DNA of 64,000 nt. It comes from Anaerococcus sp. Lineage in GTDB: Bacteria; Bacillota; Clostridia; Tissierellales; Peptoniphilaceae. Positions 17,140 to 27,346 of this stretch are shown here, piece after piece. Where the stretch lies: positions 3,335 through 67,334 of the forward strand of contig NZ_JAPJPG010000001.1 of NCBI RefSeq assembly GCF_030825785.1, read 5' to 3'. Below the pieces are notes generated by a model. It was given only the letters and a program-made list of their open reading frames with translations. It did no database searches and was not told the DNA's origin. The position numbers and the translations under genes are program-made. Position 1 is the first letter of the stretch. Every line of letters starts with the position of its first letter.

Positions 17140-18510
17140 CTACAATGGTGCTACATCCATAAACATTTGAGCTATGTTAAAGTAAACTATTAGGCCCAAG
17201 GAATCCACTATAGTCGTGATAAGAGGACTTGCCATTATAGCAGGGTCTGCTCCAAGTCTTTTAGCAATTATAGGAAGAAGAGATCCCACCACCTTGGCAG
17301 TAACAACTATAAAGAAAAGTGTAACAGAAACCATAAGGGCAATCTCAATTCCTACCTTATCAAATAAATAGCATTTGAAAAATCCTACCATGGCTAAAAA
17401 TAGGCCACAGACCATTCCAATCCTACATTCCTTCCAAACGACCTTGGCCCAATCGGATAATTCAATATCCTTTGTGGCCATGGCACGGATTACAAGGGTT
17501 GAGGTCTGACTTCCAGCGTTTCCTCCAGAGTCGGTTAACATCGGTATAAACATATTAAGAGCAATTATAGACTTAATAACCGCCTCGTAGTTTTTAAGTA
17601 TACTTGAGGTAAAAGCAGATGAGATCATAAGAAACATCAGCCAGGGAATCCTGTTTTTGGCAAGGTCCCAAACACTCATCTTGCTATATTCTTCCTCTTC
17701 CGGTGTAGTAGCTGCCATGATTTGGAAGTCTTCTGTAGCTTCTTGCTCGATTATCCACATGATGTCATCTACTGTGATAATTCCTACAAGCCTATCTTCC
17801 TTATCTACTACTGGTAGGGCGGTGAAGCCGTATTTTTGGAAGGCCCTAGCTACGTCTTCTTGGTCGTCGTCTGTCCTAACTGTGATTACATCCTCATAGA
17901 GAAGAGTCGATATTAGAGTCTCCCCATCACTTGTGACGAGATTTCTCAAAGACACATAGCCTAAAAGCTTTTTGGTAGAATCTGTAACATAGCAGGTATA
18001 GACGGTGACCTTGTTATTGCCAACCTTTTTTATAGTCTGTAGAGCCTCTTTTACAGTCATTGTTATCTTAAGCTCCACAAATTCTGGAGTCATCAGGCTC
18101 GCTGCAGAATCTTCTGGAAACTTAAGATATTGGTTTACTTTCTTTCTCTTTTCTATATCGGTATTTCTTAGAATTTTTTGAACGACAGAAGCTGGCATCT
18201 CCTCTAGGGTGTCGATCATATCGTCAAAGTCTAGTTGGCCCAAAAGCGAATGAAATTCCGTATCATTTAGACCCTTTTTTATCTTATCCTTATCTTCTGG
18301 ACGAAGCTCTGCAAAAACTTCTATGGCATCTTCCTTTTTAAGGAGCCTAAAGACTATTAAGGCATCCTCAGCACCTAGGGTCGATATGAATTCTTCTATG
18401 TCGACAGGATTTGTCCTTCTTAAAAGCTTTGAAAGATTGGTCCCATCACGCTTTTCTAGAAGTGAATTTAACTCTTCTACTCTTTTTGAATAATCAGCAT
18501 AGTTTTGCAT
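17140..18510 (-). CDS. mgtE: Magnesium transporter
   Basis: CBS pair, GIITVDD, RIPWL, DSGGNAGSQ, DPAIMASPLITTIVD. Confidence 0.96.
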   Translation of the reverse strand: MQNYADYSKRVEELNSLLEKRDGTNLSKLLRRTNPVDIEEFISTLGAEDALIVFRLLKKEDAIEVFAELRPEDKDKIKKGLNDTEFHSLLGQLDFDDMIDTLEEMPASVVQKILRNTDIEKRKKVNQYLKFPEDSAASLMTPEFVELKITMTVKEALQTIKKVGNNKVTVYTCYVTDSTKKLLGYVSLRNLVTSDGETLISTLLYEDVITVRTDDDQEDVARAFQKYGFTALPVVDKEDRLVGIITVDDIMWIIEQEATEDFQIMAATTPEEEEYSKMSVWDLAKNRIPWLMFLMISSAFTSSILKNYEAVIKSIIALNMFIPMLTDSGGNAGSQTSTLVIRAMATKDIELSDWAKVVWKECRIGMVCGLFLAMVGFFKCYLFDKVGIEIALMVSVTLFFIVVTAKVVGSLLPIIAKRLGADPAIMASPLITTIVDSLGLIVYFNIAQMFMDVAPL

Positions 18511-19716
18511 CTATTCACCCATTTGATCTAAGAGGACTTCGAGGGCCTTTTTGAATTGATCATCCTTTGAGAAGTTCTTCCTTGAAATCTCAAGAGATTC
18601 TTCACTATTTTCTACTTCGATATCTGGCTCTACTCCGACCTTATTGATTTTTGCACCTGATGGTGTGTGGTATTCGCTTATTGTAATCTTAGCCCCTGAC
18701 CCATCATCTAATGGGAAAAGTTTCTGTACAATTCCCTTACCAAAAGTCTTCTTACCGATAATCTTAGCCCTATCTCTATCTTTAAGTGCTCCAGATAAGA
18801 TTTCGCTTGCTGAAGCAGAGTTTTCATTTACTAGGACTGTCATTGGGATATCGTCTTTTTCTTCGTCACTTTCTTCAGTGATTACTTCTCCCTTCTTATC
18901 TTCTGTAGTAACTATTACTCCCTTATCTAGGAATTTATCTGCTATATCGAGGCAAACGTCAAGAGATCCACCAGGATTGTTCCTAAGGTCTAAGACAAGC
19001 CCTTCCATACCATTATCCTTTAGCTTCTTATAAGAATCCTCGAAGTCTTCTCCTGTTACATCATCAAAGGATTTGATATGGATGTAGCCGATTTTCTTAT
19101 CTTTTTCCTCAATGATACTTTCATCAATAGTATCGACTTTGACATCACGTCTTGCGACTTCCATATCTATATCTTTGAAGTTCTTGCCATCTTCTTCCAT
19201 TCTTCTAACAGTGATTTTGACATTAGTATCTTCCTCACCTTTCATAATAGCGACAGCTTCTTCCATTTGATCTGCGGAATATTCCTTACCTTCGACCTTA
19301 ATTATATAATCTCCTTCCTTAAGACCAGCTTCAGAAGCAGGAGATCCGTCGAAGACTTGAACGACTTTGATAAAGCCTTCTTTGCTCGCTTGAACCAAAA
19401 CTCCAATTCCCTTATATCTTCCATCAAGATTTTCCATAAGCTTGGAAAACTCATCCTTGCTATAATATTGGGTGTAAGGGTCGCCAAGATTGGCAAACAT
19501 TCCCTTAAGAGATCCTTCATAGAGATCTTCTTTTTCATAATCAAAGAGGTAGTTCTTATCAAGTAAGCTCTCTAGCATATGCATATCTTCGATATGCGCT
19601 TGGTCTTCACTCTTATTTGTAGCGTTTAAATCACGATTTAGGCCAACAACATAGCCTGTAAAACCAACTCCTGCCGTTAGGACAAGAGCCAATATAACTT
19701 TTCCAATTTTTTTCAT
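18511..19716 (-). CDS. ctpA: S41A C-terminal processing protease with PDZ domain
   Basis: DPYTQY, GIGV, LDLRNNPGG, SASASEI, TFGKGIVQ. Confidence 0.92.
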   Translation of the reverse strand: MKKIGKVILALVLTAGVGFTGYVVGLNRDLNATNKSEDQAHIEDMHMLESLLDKNYLFDYEKEDLYEGSLKGMFANLGDPYTQYYSKDEFSKLMENLDGRYKGIGVLVQASKEGFIKVVQVFDGSPASEAGLKEGDYIIKVEGKEYSADQMEEAVAIMKGEEDTNVKITVRRMEEDGKNFKDIDMEVARRDVKVDTIDESIIEEKDKKIGYIHIKSFDDVTGEDFEDSYKKLKDNGMEGLVLDLRNNPGGSLDVCLDIADKFLDKGVIVTTEDKKGEVITEESDEEKDDIPMTVLVNENSASASEILSGALKDRDRAKIIGKKTFGKGIVQKLFPLDDGSGAKITISEYHTPSGAKINKVGVEPDIEVENSEESLEISRKNFSKDDQFKKALEVLLDQMGE

Positions 19717-20147
19717 ATAGCCTCCATAATATATACTATACTATATCACAAAATGGGTAAGAATACATATAAGAATCAAAACAAATTAATTTTTAAGAAA
19801 GATTAGAAAGATGCTGAAAGCTCAATGGCTATATGGTATAATAATGAAGAATAGAACTAGAAAAAGGAGTTTTTATGGAAATGAATGATCTTTAAAATAG
19901 AAAACTGCTAATGGCTATCGTTAATGTTCGTTTTAGGAATCGACCATAACCAAACAAATGTATGAAATTCTTACGAAACTAGTCAAGAGGAAAACTAAAG
20001 AAAATATACTAAGATGCTTTTAAACAGTTGAAGAATACTTACAATGATAAGATAAGAGCTTAACTAGAAAATCTGCTACGGTAATCAAAAAATCTAAGCA
20101 AATCTCGGAAAAATACAGAACGAATTAAATAAGAAAAGGGAGAAAAA

Positions 20148-20681
20148 ATGATTAAGAAAAAAATACTAGCCATAATATTTACAATAAATTTTGCTTTTCT
20201 AGCAATAGTCCCAGGTTTTAATAACATATCTCCAGTAAGCATAAGCTATGCAGCTGAAGACGATATAACAATTCAAAGACAACAATTACAAGAAGGAGTT
20301 AATGATAGCAAAAATATTTTCTCATCTAAAGCATATGGAATAATAAACAAAGAAAGCCTAAAGAAAGAATATAACCAAGCCTTAGAATATGCTAAATCAG
20401 TCCTAAACAATAATAACGCAAGCTATGAGGAGCTTAGAAATGCTACAATCGGACTTAATAACGCTAAGAATAATCTAAAAGAATATGGTAAGAAAGTGCT
20501 AGCAGTCCAAGAATTAAAATACACTATTGAAGAGCAAAAAATCACTATAAAAGCAATTGAGTATTTAATGAACGAACATCCTGCTATAGCTCGCACAATT
20601 GGCGATAAAGCAAATGACCTACTAAGTAGAAGTAATGATATTATAGCAAGAGCAGAAAGTATAATTAGCCAATTTGAATAA
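20148..20681 (+). CDS. Secreted helical protein, possible FIVAR-like module
   Basis: Signal peptide ending ISYA. Segment YNQAL..AKSVL...ASYEEL..A...L..AKNNL. Confidence 0.6.
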   Translation: MIKKKILAIIFTINFAFLAIVPGFNNISPVSISYAAEDDITIQRQQLQEGVNDSKNIFSSKAYGIINKESLKKEYNQALEYAKSVLNNNNASYEELRNATIGLNNAKNNLKEYGKKVLAVQELKYTIEEQKITIKAIEYLMNEHPAIARTIGDKANDLLSRSNDIIARAESIISQFE

Positions 20682-20794
20682 GTTATCTGAGTGAGATCGG
20701 CCAACATGGCCGTTTTTTCTTTGTATACTTGCATTAAGTTAGCTTTCTGGTTAAATATATAAGCAATTTACTTAAGGAAGATAAAGGGGGATTT

Positions 20795-21352
20795 TTGGAT
20801 ACAGCATCATTGTTAATCTTGTCAGTTGGCCTTGCCATGGATGCTTTTGCCGCAAGTATCTGCAAGGGCTTATCTGAAAAGACACATTCTATAAAAAACA
20901 GTTTGTCGGTTGGTTTTTGTTTTGGCTTTTTCCAGGCCTTTATGCCAGTTATTAGCTTCTTGTTAGGAAGAAGATTTGCTAGCGCTATCAAGGCAATTGA
21001 TCATTGGATAGCCTTTTTCTTGCTTCTAATCTTAGGACTTGAGATGATAAAAGAATCGAGAAATGCCTATTGTGAGGTCAACCGTGGCTTTGACTTTCTT
21101 TCCCTATCAAAGATGGGAGTTGCAACCTCTATTGATGCCCTAGCAGTAGGAGTAGGACTTGCCTTTTTAAATATAGATATAGTAAAGTCTGCATCTACAA
21201 TAGGAATTGTAACTGCCCTACTTTCAGTTATAGGCTTTAAGATTGGATCAAAACTTGGTATGAAGAGTAAGCAGATAGCAGAGCTTACAGGAGGAATAAT
21301 CCTCATAGGTCTTGGAACTAAGATTTTAATCGAACACTTATTTTTACAATAA
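20795..21352 (+). CDS. mntP: Manganese efflux pump
   Basis: LAMDAFA, FGFFQAFMP, IDHWIAF, ATSIDALAVG. TTG start. Confidence 0.93.
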   Translation: MDTASLLILSVGLAMDAFAASICKGLSEKTHSIKNSLSVGFCFGFFQAFMPVISFLLGRRFASAIKAIDHWIAFFLLLILGLEMIKESRNAYCEVNRGFDFLSLSKMGVATSIDALAVGVGLAFLNIDIVKSASTIGIVTALLSVIGFKIGSKLGMKSKQIAELTGGIILIGLGTKILIEHLFLQ

Positions 21353-21391
21353 TATCAACCAAAAACTCCCCTTAACTGGGGAGCTTTATTT

Positions 21392-22657
21392 TTACTGATT
21401 AATTAGATTTAATTTTCTAAGAAGGCTCATAAAGGCAGAAAGTACAACCGCTACAACTGAGGCTAGGACCATTCCCTGTAGCTCTATTGCTCCAAACTTT
21501 AAAGAAAGTCCTGAAAGACCTGCTATAAATATTACTGATGTCAAAACTAGGTTAGAAGATTTAGAATAATCTACCTTCTGATCTACCAATAGTCTTATAC
21601 CGCTTGTACCTATCATTCCATAAAGTAAGAAGGTAACTCCTCCTATTACATTTCCTGGAATGGTCTGAATAATTGCAGCCAATGGTCCAAAGAAGGCCAT
21701 AATTATCGAAATAACTGCAGCTCCCCCAATAACTTGAACTGAATACACTCCTGTGATAGCCATAACTCCGATGTTTTCTCCGTAAGTTGTAGTAGGAACA
21801 CCGCCCACAAATCCTGATAGGGCTGATGAGAAATTATCGGCAAAGATTGATCTGTGTAGACCTGGCTCTTTCAACAAATCTATTCCTATGATATTGCTTG
21901 TTACTACTTGGTGAGAAATATGCTCGCTCGTAATTACTAGGATTACTGGAAGCATAGCAAGAATTGCACTAGCTGAAAACCTAGGAGCCCTGAATTCTGG
22001 TAGAGTAAATAGGCTTACTTCTCTTACTGGAGTAAAGTCTACCATGCCAAAAAATACCGCAGCGATATAGCCTACCATAATTGAGATTAAGATTGGAATT
22101 GTTGAGAAGAAGCCCTTAAAGGCAACTGATCCAATGATTGCTGTAAATAACGTTATAAAAAAGACCAAAAAGTCCTTAGAACTTGCTGTATCTGTCATAA
22201 GATTCGCCCCGATTGTTCCTCCTGTTACGGTATTTCCAGCAAGCTCAAAGCCTATAAGGGCAACAACCGCTCCCATAGCAGCAGGTGGAAGAAGGACATC
22301 TATCCAGCTTGTCCCAAACTTATATATAATATAAGCCAATAGGCAACCGAGAATTCCGACCACAATAAAAGCACCCTGAGCATACTGGAAACCTTCGCTT
22401 GCGATAATAGCTGTACCTGGAGCTAAAAATGCGAATGAAGAACCTAAATAAGCAGGTGCTTTTTGTTTAGTAATTAATATAAATAATAAAGTTCCAATAC
22501 CATTCATCAATAATACGATACCTGGATTAATGCCAAATAAAATAGGAACTAGGACACTAGCGCCAAACATTGCAAAAGTATGTTGGATCGACAAGGGTAA
22601 CAATAATTTTAATGGAACTTTTTCTTCTACTTTGTAAATTTTTTTAGAATTTTTCAT
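21392..22657 (-). CDS. uraA: Uracil permease (NCS2 family)
   Basis: QHTFAMFG, YLGSSFAF, PTTTYGENIGV. Confidence 0.92.
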   Translation of the reverse strand: MKNSKKIYKVEEKVPLKLLLPLSIQHTFAMFGASVLVPILFGINPGIVLLMNGIGTLLFILITKQKAPAYLGSSFAFLAPGTAIIASEGFQYAQGAFIVVGILGCLLAYIIYKFGTSWIDVLLPPAAMGAVVALIGFELAGNTVTGGTIGANLMTDTASSKDFLVFFITLFTAIIGSVAFKGFFSTIPILISIMVGYIAAVFFGMVDFTPVREVSLFTLPEFRAPRFSASAILAMLPVILVITSEHISHQVVTSNIIGIDLLKEPGLHRSIFADNFSSALSGFVGGVPTTTYGENIGVMAITGVYSVQVIGGAAVISIIMAFFGPLAAIIQTIPGNVIGGVTFLLYGMIGTSGIRLLVDQKVDYSKSSNLVLTSVIFIAGLSGLSLKFGAIELQGMVLASVVAVVLSAFMSLLRKLNLINQ

Positions 22658-22739
22658 AATACCTCCATAAATTTTTCACCAATTATCATAGCAAAATAAA
22701 GGGAGCTTGTCAAACTCAATCATTAAAATAAATTTCTAT

Positions 22740-23259
22740 CTAATTTATCTTTTTTTCACAAATTAAATCGACTATATTATTTTCCACGCCAATAATTCTA
22801 AAACCACAATCCCTATGAATTTTGTATGCATACAATCTAGTTTTCTCAAAATCATTATGTAGGGTCTTTATGTTTTCAAAGGAAAAAGCCTTATCGATTA
22901 AAAGTTTAAGACCAGCCTTACCGTAACCATGTACCCTATACTCATTTTTAATTACAATACCTATATCCCTGGTAAGAAATCCTAAGCTTGAAGGATGAAA
23001 ATTTACATCACCTACAAATGCTTTTAAGTCTTCATCATAGATATAGGCGTAAAAATAATCAACTGGATTAAAAAAAATAAATATCATACCGACTTCTCCG
23101 AAAGCTTCTATCGTAAATTATGCAGCCTGTAGTCTTATCGTATCCAGCAAATGGCAGGTCATATCCTTTGTTGTAAGCCATAGTAAAGGGATCATTTAAT
23201 AGAATTTTAGCAAAATCTAATTCATTTTCTTTCGGTATATATAATTTTATATTTTTCAT
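22740..23259 (-). pseudogene. GNAT acetyltransferase split by a +1 frameshift in a T8 tract
   Basis: ORFs 23068..23259 and 22740..23087 fuse in frame (...YDIYFF-NPVDYFYAY...) if the run at 23070-23077 is 7 nt. Motif A YRVHGYGK lies in the 3' part. Confidence 0.75.
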
Positions 23260-24059
23260 TTTTTGTTCTCACACACAAAAAGTAAGTGGTTACTAGCTCC
23301 TAGTGTTTCTGGATTTTTGCAATTATTAAGGTGGAAAGCTAGATAGTTATCAAATGATTCCTCTGTCATTTCTTCCAATTTTTGACTTAAAATCTCGGAA
23401 AAGCCATCGCTTGCAACTATTTCTTTTATAGTTAAGCCTGATTTTTCAATCATTTCTTTTGCTTCCTTTAATTTGAAAAATACAAAAGGCCTATCTATTA
23501 ATCTTTGTTTCTCACTAATATATGAATCACTTGAAAAAATATTTGTGTTGTAGTTAATAGTTTCGCTTATTAGGACTGTGTCATGATTTATAAAAGATAT
23601 TAATATATAACCATCATCTTTGCACACTCTTTTTGCCTGTCTAAGCACGTCCCTTCTGTCTTCTTCCTTGGATAGGTGATACATTGGCCCAAATAAAAGC
23701 ACTATATCAAAATAATTTGATTCTAGATCTTTTAAGTCAAAAGAGGACTTATTATAGACTTTTATGTTGACAAAGGCTTTTGACTTAGACTCTAAAAGTT
23801 TGAAATTTGAAGATGATGGCTCAAAGGCTACTATCTCACAAGCTTTTTGACCTAGTGGAAGGCTATAGGCTCCAGTTCCAGCACCAACATCAAGGATTTT
23901 TGAGTCTGAACTAATTAGTTTTTCTATTTCTGTTAAAGTAGTTATTTTTTCTACAAGACCAGTTATTGATTTAAGACGTTTATCTTCATCAAATACCTTA
24001 TATAATTCTTCGTTCCTATCTAAGTCGTTATCAATTTTTAAAATCTCGCTCATATCCAT
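23256..24059 (-). CDS. Class I SAM-dependent methyltransferase
   Basis: ILDVGAGTGAY, FDIVLLFGPMYHL. Confidence 0.9.
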   Translation of the reverse strand: MDMSEILKIDNDLDRNEELYKVFDEDKRLKSITGLVEKITTLTEIEKLISSDSKILDVGAGTGAYSLPLGQKACEIVAFEPSSSNFKLLESKSKAFVNIKVYNKSSFDLKDLESNYFDIVLLFGPMYHLSKEEDRRDVLRQAKRVCKDDGYILISFINHDTVLISETINYNTNIFSSDSYISEKQRLIDRPFVFFKLKEAKEMIEKSGLTIKEIVASDGFSEILSQKLEEMTEESFDNYLAFHLNNCKNPETLGASNHLLFVCENKK

Positions 24060-24467
24060 ATTATAACTCCTTTAAAATTAATGTACCTTGTTAAAATATT
24101 TATTCTATATTATATGTAAATATACTTAATCAAAAAATGTAAAACTTTCTTCATAGGTAAATTAAGAGTTGGAAACTATTTTCTAACGAACCTAAATATT
24201 TTAAAATTAAAGGATAAAATATATAATATCATTAATAGAAGCAAGCTCTTCAATCTCCAAAAAAGCCCTTGACTAAACTTCAAGGAAATGTAGAGTATGA
24301 ATCTTCATGAGATTCAAGACAAAAAAGGCAGTAGGTGCGAACTACTGCCTTGTCTTTTACTTGTTTTTGATTTTTCCACCTATAATCTAATGATATATTT
24401 CCTAAATAAAAAATCGACAAATCTCATTTTAGTGGATTTGCCGATTTCAAAAGCCTTGTAGGCTACA

Positions 24468-24662
24468 TTACAAAAGGTCTTCGCCTTTTACTGCATCTAT
24501 TATTTCGTCTTTTATATCGTCTACCTTATCTCTAACTTCGTCGATTTTGTTGTTGTTTTTGAGGTATAGATAAGCTCCTACCGCTGTTGCAGCAGCTGTA
24601 AATAGAACTTTTCCTACTGTATTTTCTTCTTTTCTGCCTCTATTGTTTTTATAATCAAACAT
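24468..24662 (-). CDS. Small membrane-anchored hypothetical protein (64 aa)
   Basis: AAATAVGAYLY anchor plus charged tail. RBS GAGG. Own terminator at about 24412-24447. Confidence 0.6.
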   Translation of the reverse strand: MFDYKNNRGRKEENTVGKVLFTAAATAVGAYLYLKNNNKIDEVRDKVDDIKDEIIDAVKGEDLL

Positions 24663-24804
24663 TTCTGCCTCTTTCTTTAATTTTCAAAAGAGTAGATTTT
24701 CTACCCTAGTTGGCCTTTCTTTCTATATCTTGATTATACTTTCCATATTATTGATTTTCAAATTAGTTTTTATTAATTTATATGTTTTTATTTTTAATTT
24801 ATCT

Positions 24805-26010
24805 TTAATCTTCTCTTACAAGTGGCATGGACATACACCTTGGTCCTCCCCTACCCACAGTTAGGGTTGATGAGTCAAGCTTTATTACTTCTATGCCATT
24901 TAGCTCGAGCATTTGATTGGTTACGGTGTTTCTCTTATAAACAATTACCTTACCTGGAGCAATAGCTAGTGTATTTGATCCATCTGTCCATTGTTCCCTA
25001 AGGGCTGCTATTGGATCTCCGCCACCACATGGAAGTAGCTTTATTTCATCTAGCTTTAAGGCATCTTTTAAAAGGTCGTCTAAGGATTTTTCTATTATCT
25101 CTTCTGCAATCTTATCATCTTTTTTACTAAATTTAATAGCATGGAAGGTAGAAATTATCCCAGGATGGTAGGTGAAGGTGTCATAATCGATTTGAGTAAA
25201 GACAGTATCAAGGTGCATGTAGGCTCTTTCGTTAGGGATATTTATGGCGATAATCTCTTCTATCTTTGCCTCATCATCGAATAAGATATGGTGGGCAAGA
25301 TCCTTGATAGCCGCGAGCTGAGTTCTTTGGCTAATTCCAATCATCAAGAGTTTTTCGTTGATATTTAGTATATCGCCGCCTTCGATATGGTATTTCTTTC
25401 CCCTACCATAATAGTTTTTCGTCCCCTTGTAATCCTTGTGGTGGTTAAATATGTAGTCAGCATATATTGTCTCTCTCGATCTTGTAACTGAATACATGGT
25501 GTTGATGGATACTCCCTTTCCTATTGTGGAGAAGGGATCTCTAGTAAAGTAAAGGTTTGGCATGGGATTTATGGCGGTGTATTTATAGTCAAATAGGACG
25601 TGGTCGTTTTTTATTCCTAACTCATTAAGGGTAAGGCCTGCCATAGTTTTTTGGACGAATTCTTTCTCGTCTTTGATAGAAGCTAAGAGCTTTCTCGCCT
25701 CACTAAGGACTAGATCATCTTCTATATCTGCCTCTTTTAGGTATTGGTCAAGGAATTTTTCTTTGAGGTCCTTATTATCTTTGAGAGTCTCTGCCATCAA
25801 GTCTTCAAGATAAACTACCTCTACTCCCTCATTTCTAAAAATTTTTGCAAATTCATCGTGCTCTTCCTTGGCCTTATCCAGGTCCGGTATGTCATCAAAG
25901 AGTAACTCGTCCAAGGCATTTGGTGTAAGATTTAGAAGTTCATTGCCTGGCCTATGTACGAGGACCTTCTTGAGTTTGTTGATTTCGTTATTTACGTTGA
26001 TATTGTTCAT
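24805..26010 (-). CDS. arcA: Arginine deiminase
   Basis: VLVHRPG, LLFDDIP, PNLYFTRDPF, IEGGD, MHLDTVFT, GRGGPRCMSMP. Confidence 0.95.
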   Translation of the reverse strand: MNNINVNNEINKLKKVLVHRPGNELLNLTPNALDELLFDDIPDLDKAKEEHDEFAKIFRNEGVEVVYLEDLMAETLKDNKDLKEKFLDQYLKEADIEDDLVLSEARKLLASIKDEKEFVQKTMAGLTLNELGIKNDHVLFDYKYTAINPMPNLYFTRDPFSTIGKGVSINTMYSVTRSRETIYADYIFNHHKDYKGTKNYYGRGKKYHIEGGDILNINEKLLMIGISQRTQLAAIKDLAHHILFDDEAKIEEIIAINIPNERAYMHLDTVFTQIDYDTFTYHPGIISTFHAIKFSKKDDKIAEEIIEKSLDDLLKDALKLDEIKLLPCGGGDPIAALREQWTDGSNTLAIAPGKVIVYKRNTVTNQMLELNGIEVIKLDSSTLTVGRGGPRCMSMPLVRED

Positions 26011-26031
26011 AATTTCTCCTTAAATATCCTT

Positions 26032-26066
26032 AAAAAAAAGGCAGTTTCTTTCTCAAAAAACTACCT
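26032..26066 (-). terminator. Intrinsic terminator in the arcA 5' leader (attenuator)
   Basis: RNA AGGUAGUUUUUU-GAGA-AAGAAACUGCCU followed by U7. The G-U pairs work only on the minus strand. It lies between a TGGTATAAT -10 (26109-26117) and the arcA RBS. Confidence 0.7.
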
Positions 26067-26218
26067 ATAATCAATTAGCTCCGCCAACATCTTTAATTTT
26101 ATATCTTAATTATACCAAAAATTTCAGCGAAAGAAAAGCTTACCATTGCTTAACTTGCAAACTTAAGTAAGTTACATATAATATAAATTAGATATTTTTA
26201 ATGTTAGGAGGGAAACTA

Positions 26219-27346
26219 ATGAAAAAATTTAATATAGCATCTCTTATGCTTGCGACAGCTTTAGTCCTAAGCGCATGTGCAAACACATCTGACAAGGAAG
26301 CTGACAAGAAAGAAGATACTAAGGTAGAAGAACCTGCCGAAAACAAAGACGATAAGGCTACTGATAACAAAGAAGAAGCCGACAAGGAAGAAAAGGTTGA
26401 AGAAGTTAAACCAGAAAATGCTGAACAAGCTGAAGGCAATGTAATTCTTCACAGAGGATATCCAAAAAGCGAAGGAGCAAGATCATTCCCACGTATAGTT
26501 GTTGCAACAAGCGGAGATAAGATTGTCGACGTATCCATAGACGAATACCAATACGCTGGCGCCGATAAGGGTTATGAAGCTACACCAAATTCTGATAAGG
26601 GATTTGGAGAAGGAACTGCTGAAGGTAAAGTCCTTATCTCAAAGATGGATAACGAAGAGCAATACTCATCAGAAATGAAAGAAGCAGGATCTCCTACAAG
26701 TCTTAAGGAAACTTACGAAGGAATATCTGAATTCGTAAAGGGTAAGACAATCGAAGAAGTTGAAACATTCCTAAAAGACAATAGTGAAGACGAAATAATC
26801 GAAGCTGTAACAGGAGCAACATTTAAGTCAACTCCTGCCCTACTAAACTACGTAACTGCAGTTGCAAGAGATAATCAATTCGTATCTGTAGGACATGCAG
26901 AAAATCCTGAAGAAATCACATTCAAGGCTATTACAGGTGCTCCTCACGGAGAAAAATCATTCGCTGATTGCGTTCTAGCTATGGAAGGCGATAAGATCAT
27001 TGCAGCAAGCTTCGACGAATTCCAATACATGGAAGATGCTGAAGGAATCACAAATGCAGAAGATGAATTCACTCAAGGCTATGCTGATAGCAATAAGGCT
27101 CTAGTTTCTAAACTTGAAAACAACGATAAATACTCTTCTTTAATGACAGAAAAAGCTCAATCAACAGTTTCAATCAAGGACAACTTTGAAGCAATCGAAA
27201 AATTCGTTGCTGGAAAAACTGCAGCAGAAATTGAAGAAGCTATCGCAGCTAAGAACGAAGACGGAACAATTGATTCTGTAACAGGAGCAACTCTAAAAGA
27301 TACAGCAAACTACCTACAACTTATTGTAGATGCTGCAAATAAATAA
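26219..27346 (+). CDS. Lipoprotein with two FMN-binding (flavinylation) domains, PplA-like
   Basis: Lipobox LSAC, acidic linker, internal duplication (SIDEYQY / SFDEFQY, SKMDN / SKLEN), two motifs VTGAT. Start at MKKF (RBS AGGAGG). Confidence 0.8.
   Translation: MKKFNIASLMLATALVLSACANTSDKEADKKEDTKVEEPAENKDDKATDNKEEADKEEKVEEVKPENAEQAEGNVILHRGYPKSEGARSFPRIVVATSGDKIVDVSIDEYQYAGADKGYEATPNSDKGFGEGTAEGKVLISKMDNEEQYSSEMKEAGSPTSLKETYEGISEFVKGKTIEEVETFLKDNSEDEIIEAVTGATFKSTPALLNYVTAVARDNQFVSVGHAENPEEITFKAITGAPHGEKSFADCVLAMEGDKIIAASFDEFQYMEDAEGITNAEDEFTQGYADSNKALVSKLENNDKYSSLMTEKAQSTVSIKDNFEAIEKFVAGKTAAEIEEAIAAKNEDGTIDSVTGATLKDTANYLQLIVDAANK

Noticed and set aside
20682..20794. yybP-ykoY Mn riboswitch upstream of mntP
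   Set aside because: The spacer is short and lacks the GGGGAGUAGC-type conserved core.
22658..22739. PyrR attenuator upstream of uraA
   Set aside because: The TTGACA-17-TATGAT promoter leaves a leader of only about 20 nt, with no ARUCC..GAGG motif or terminator.
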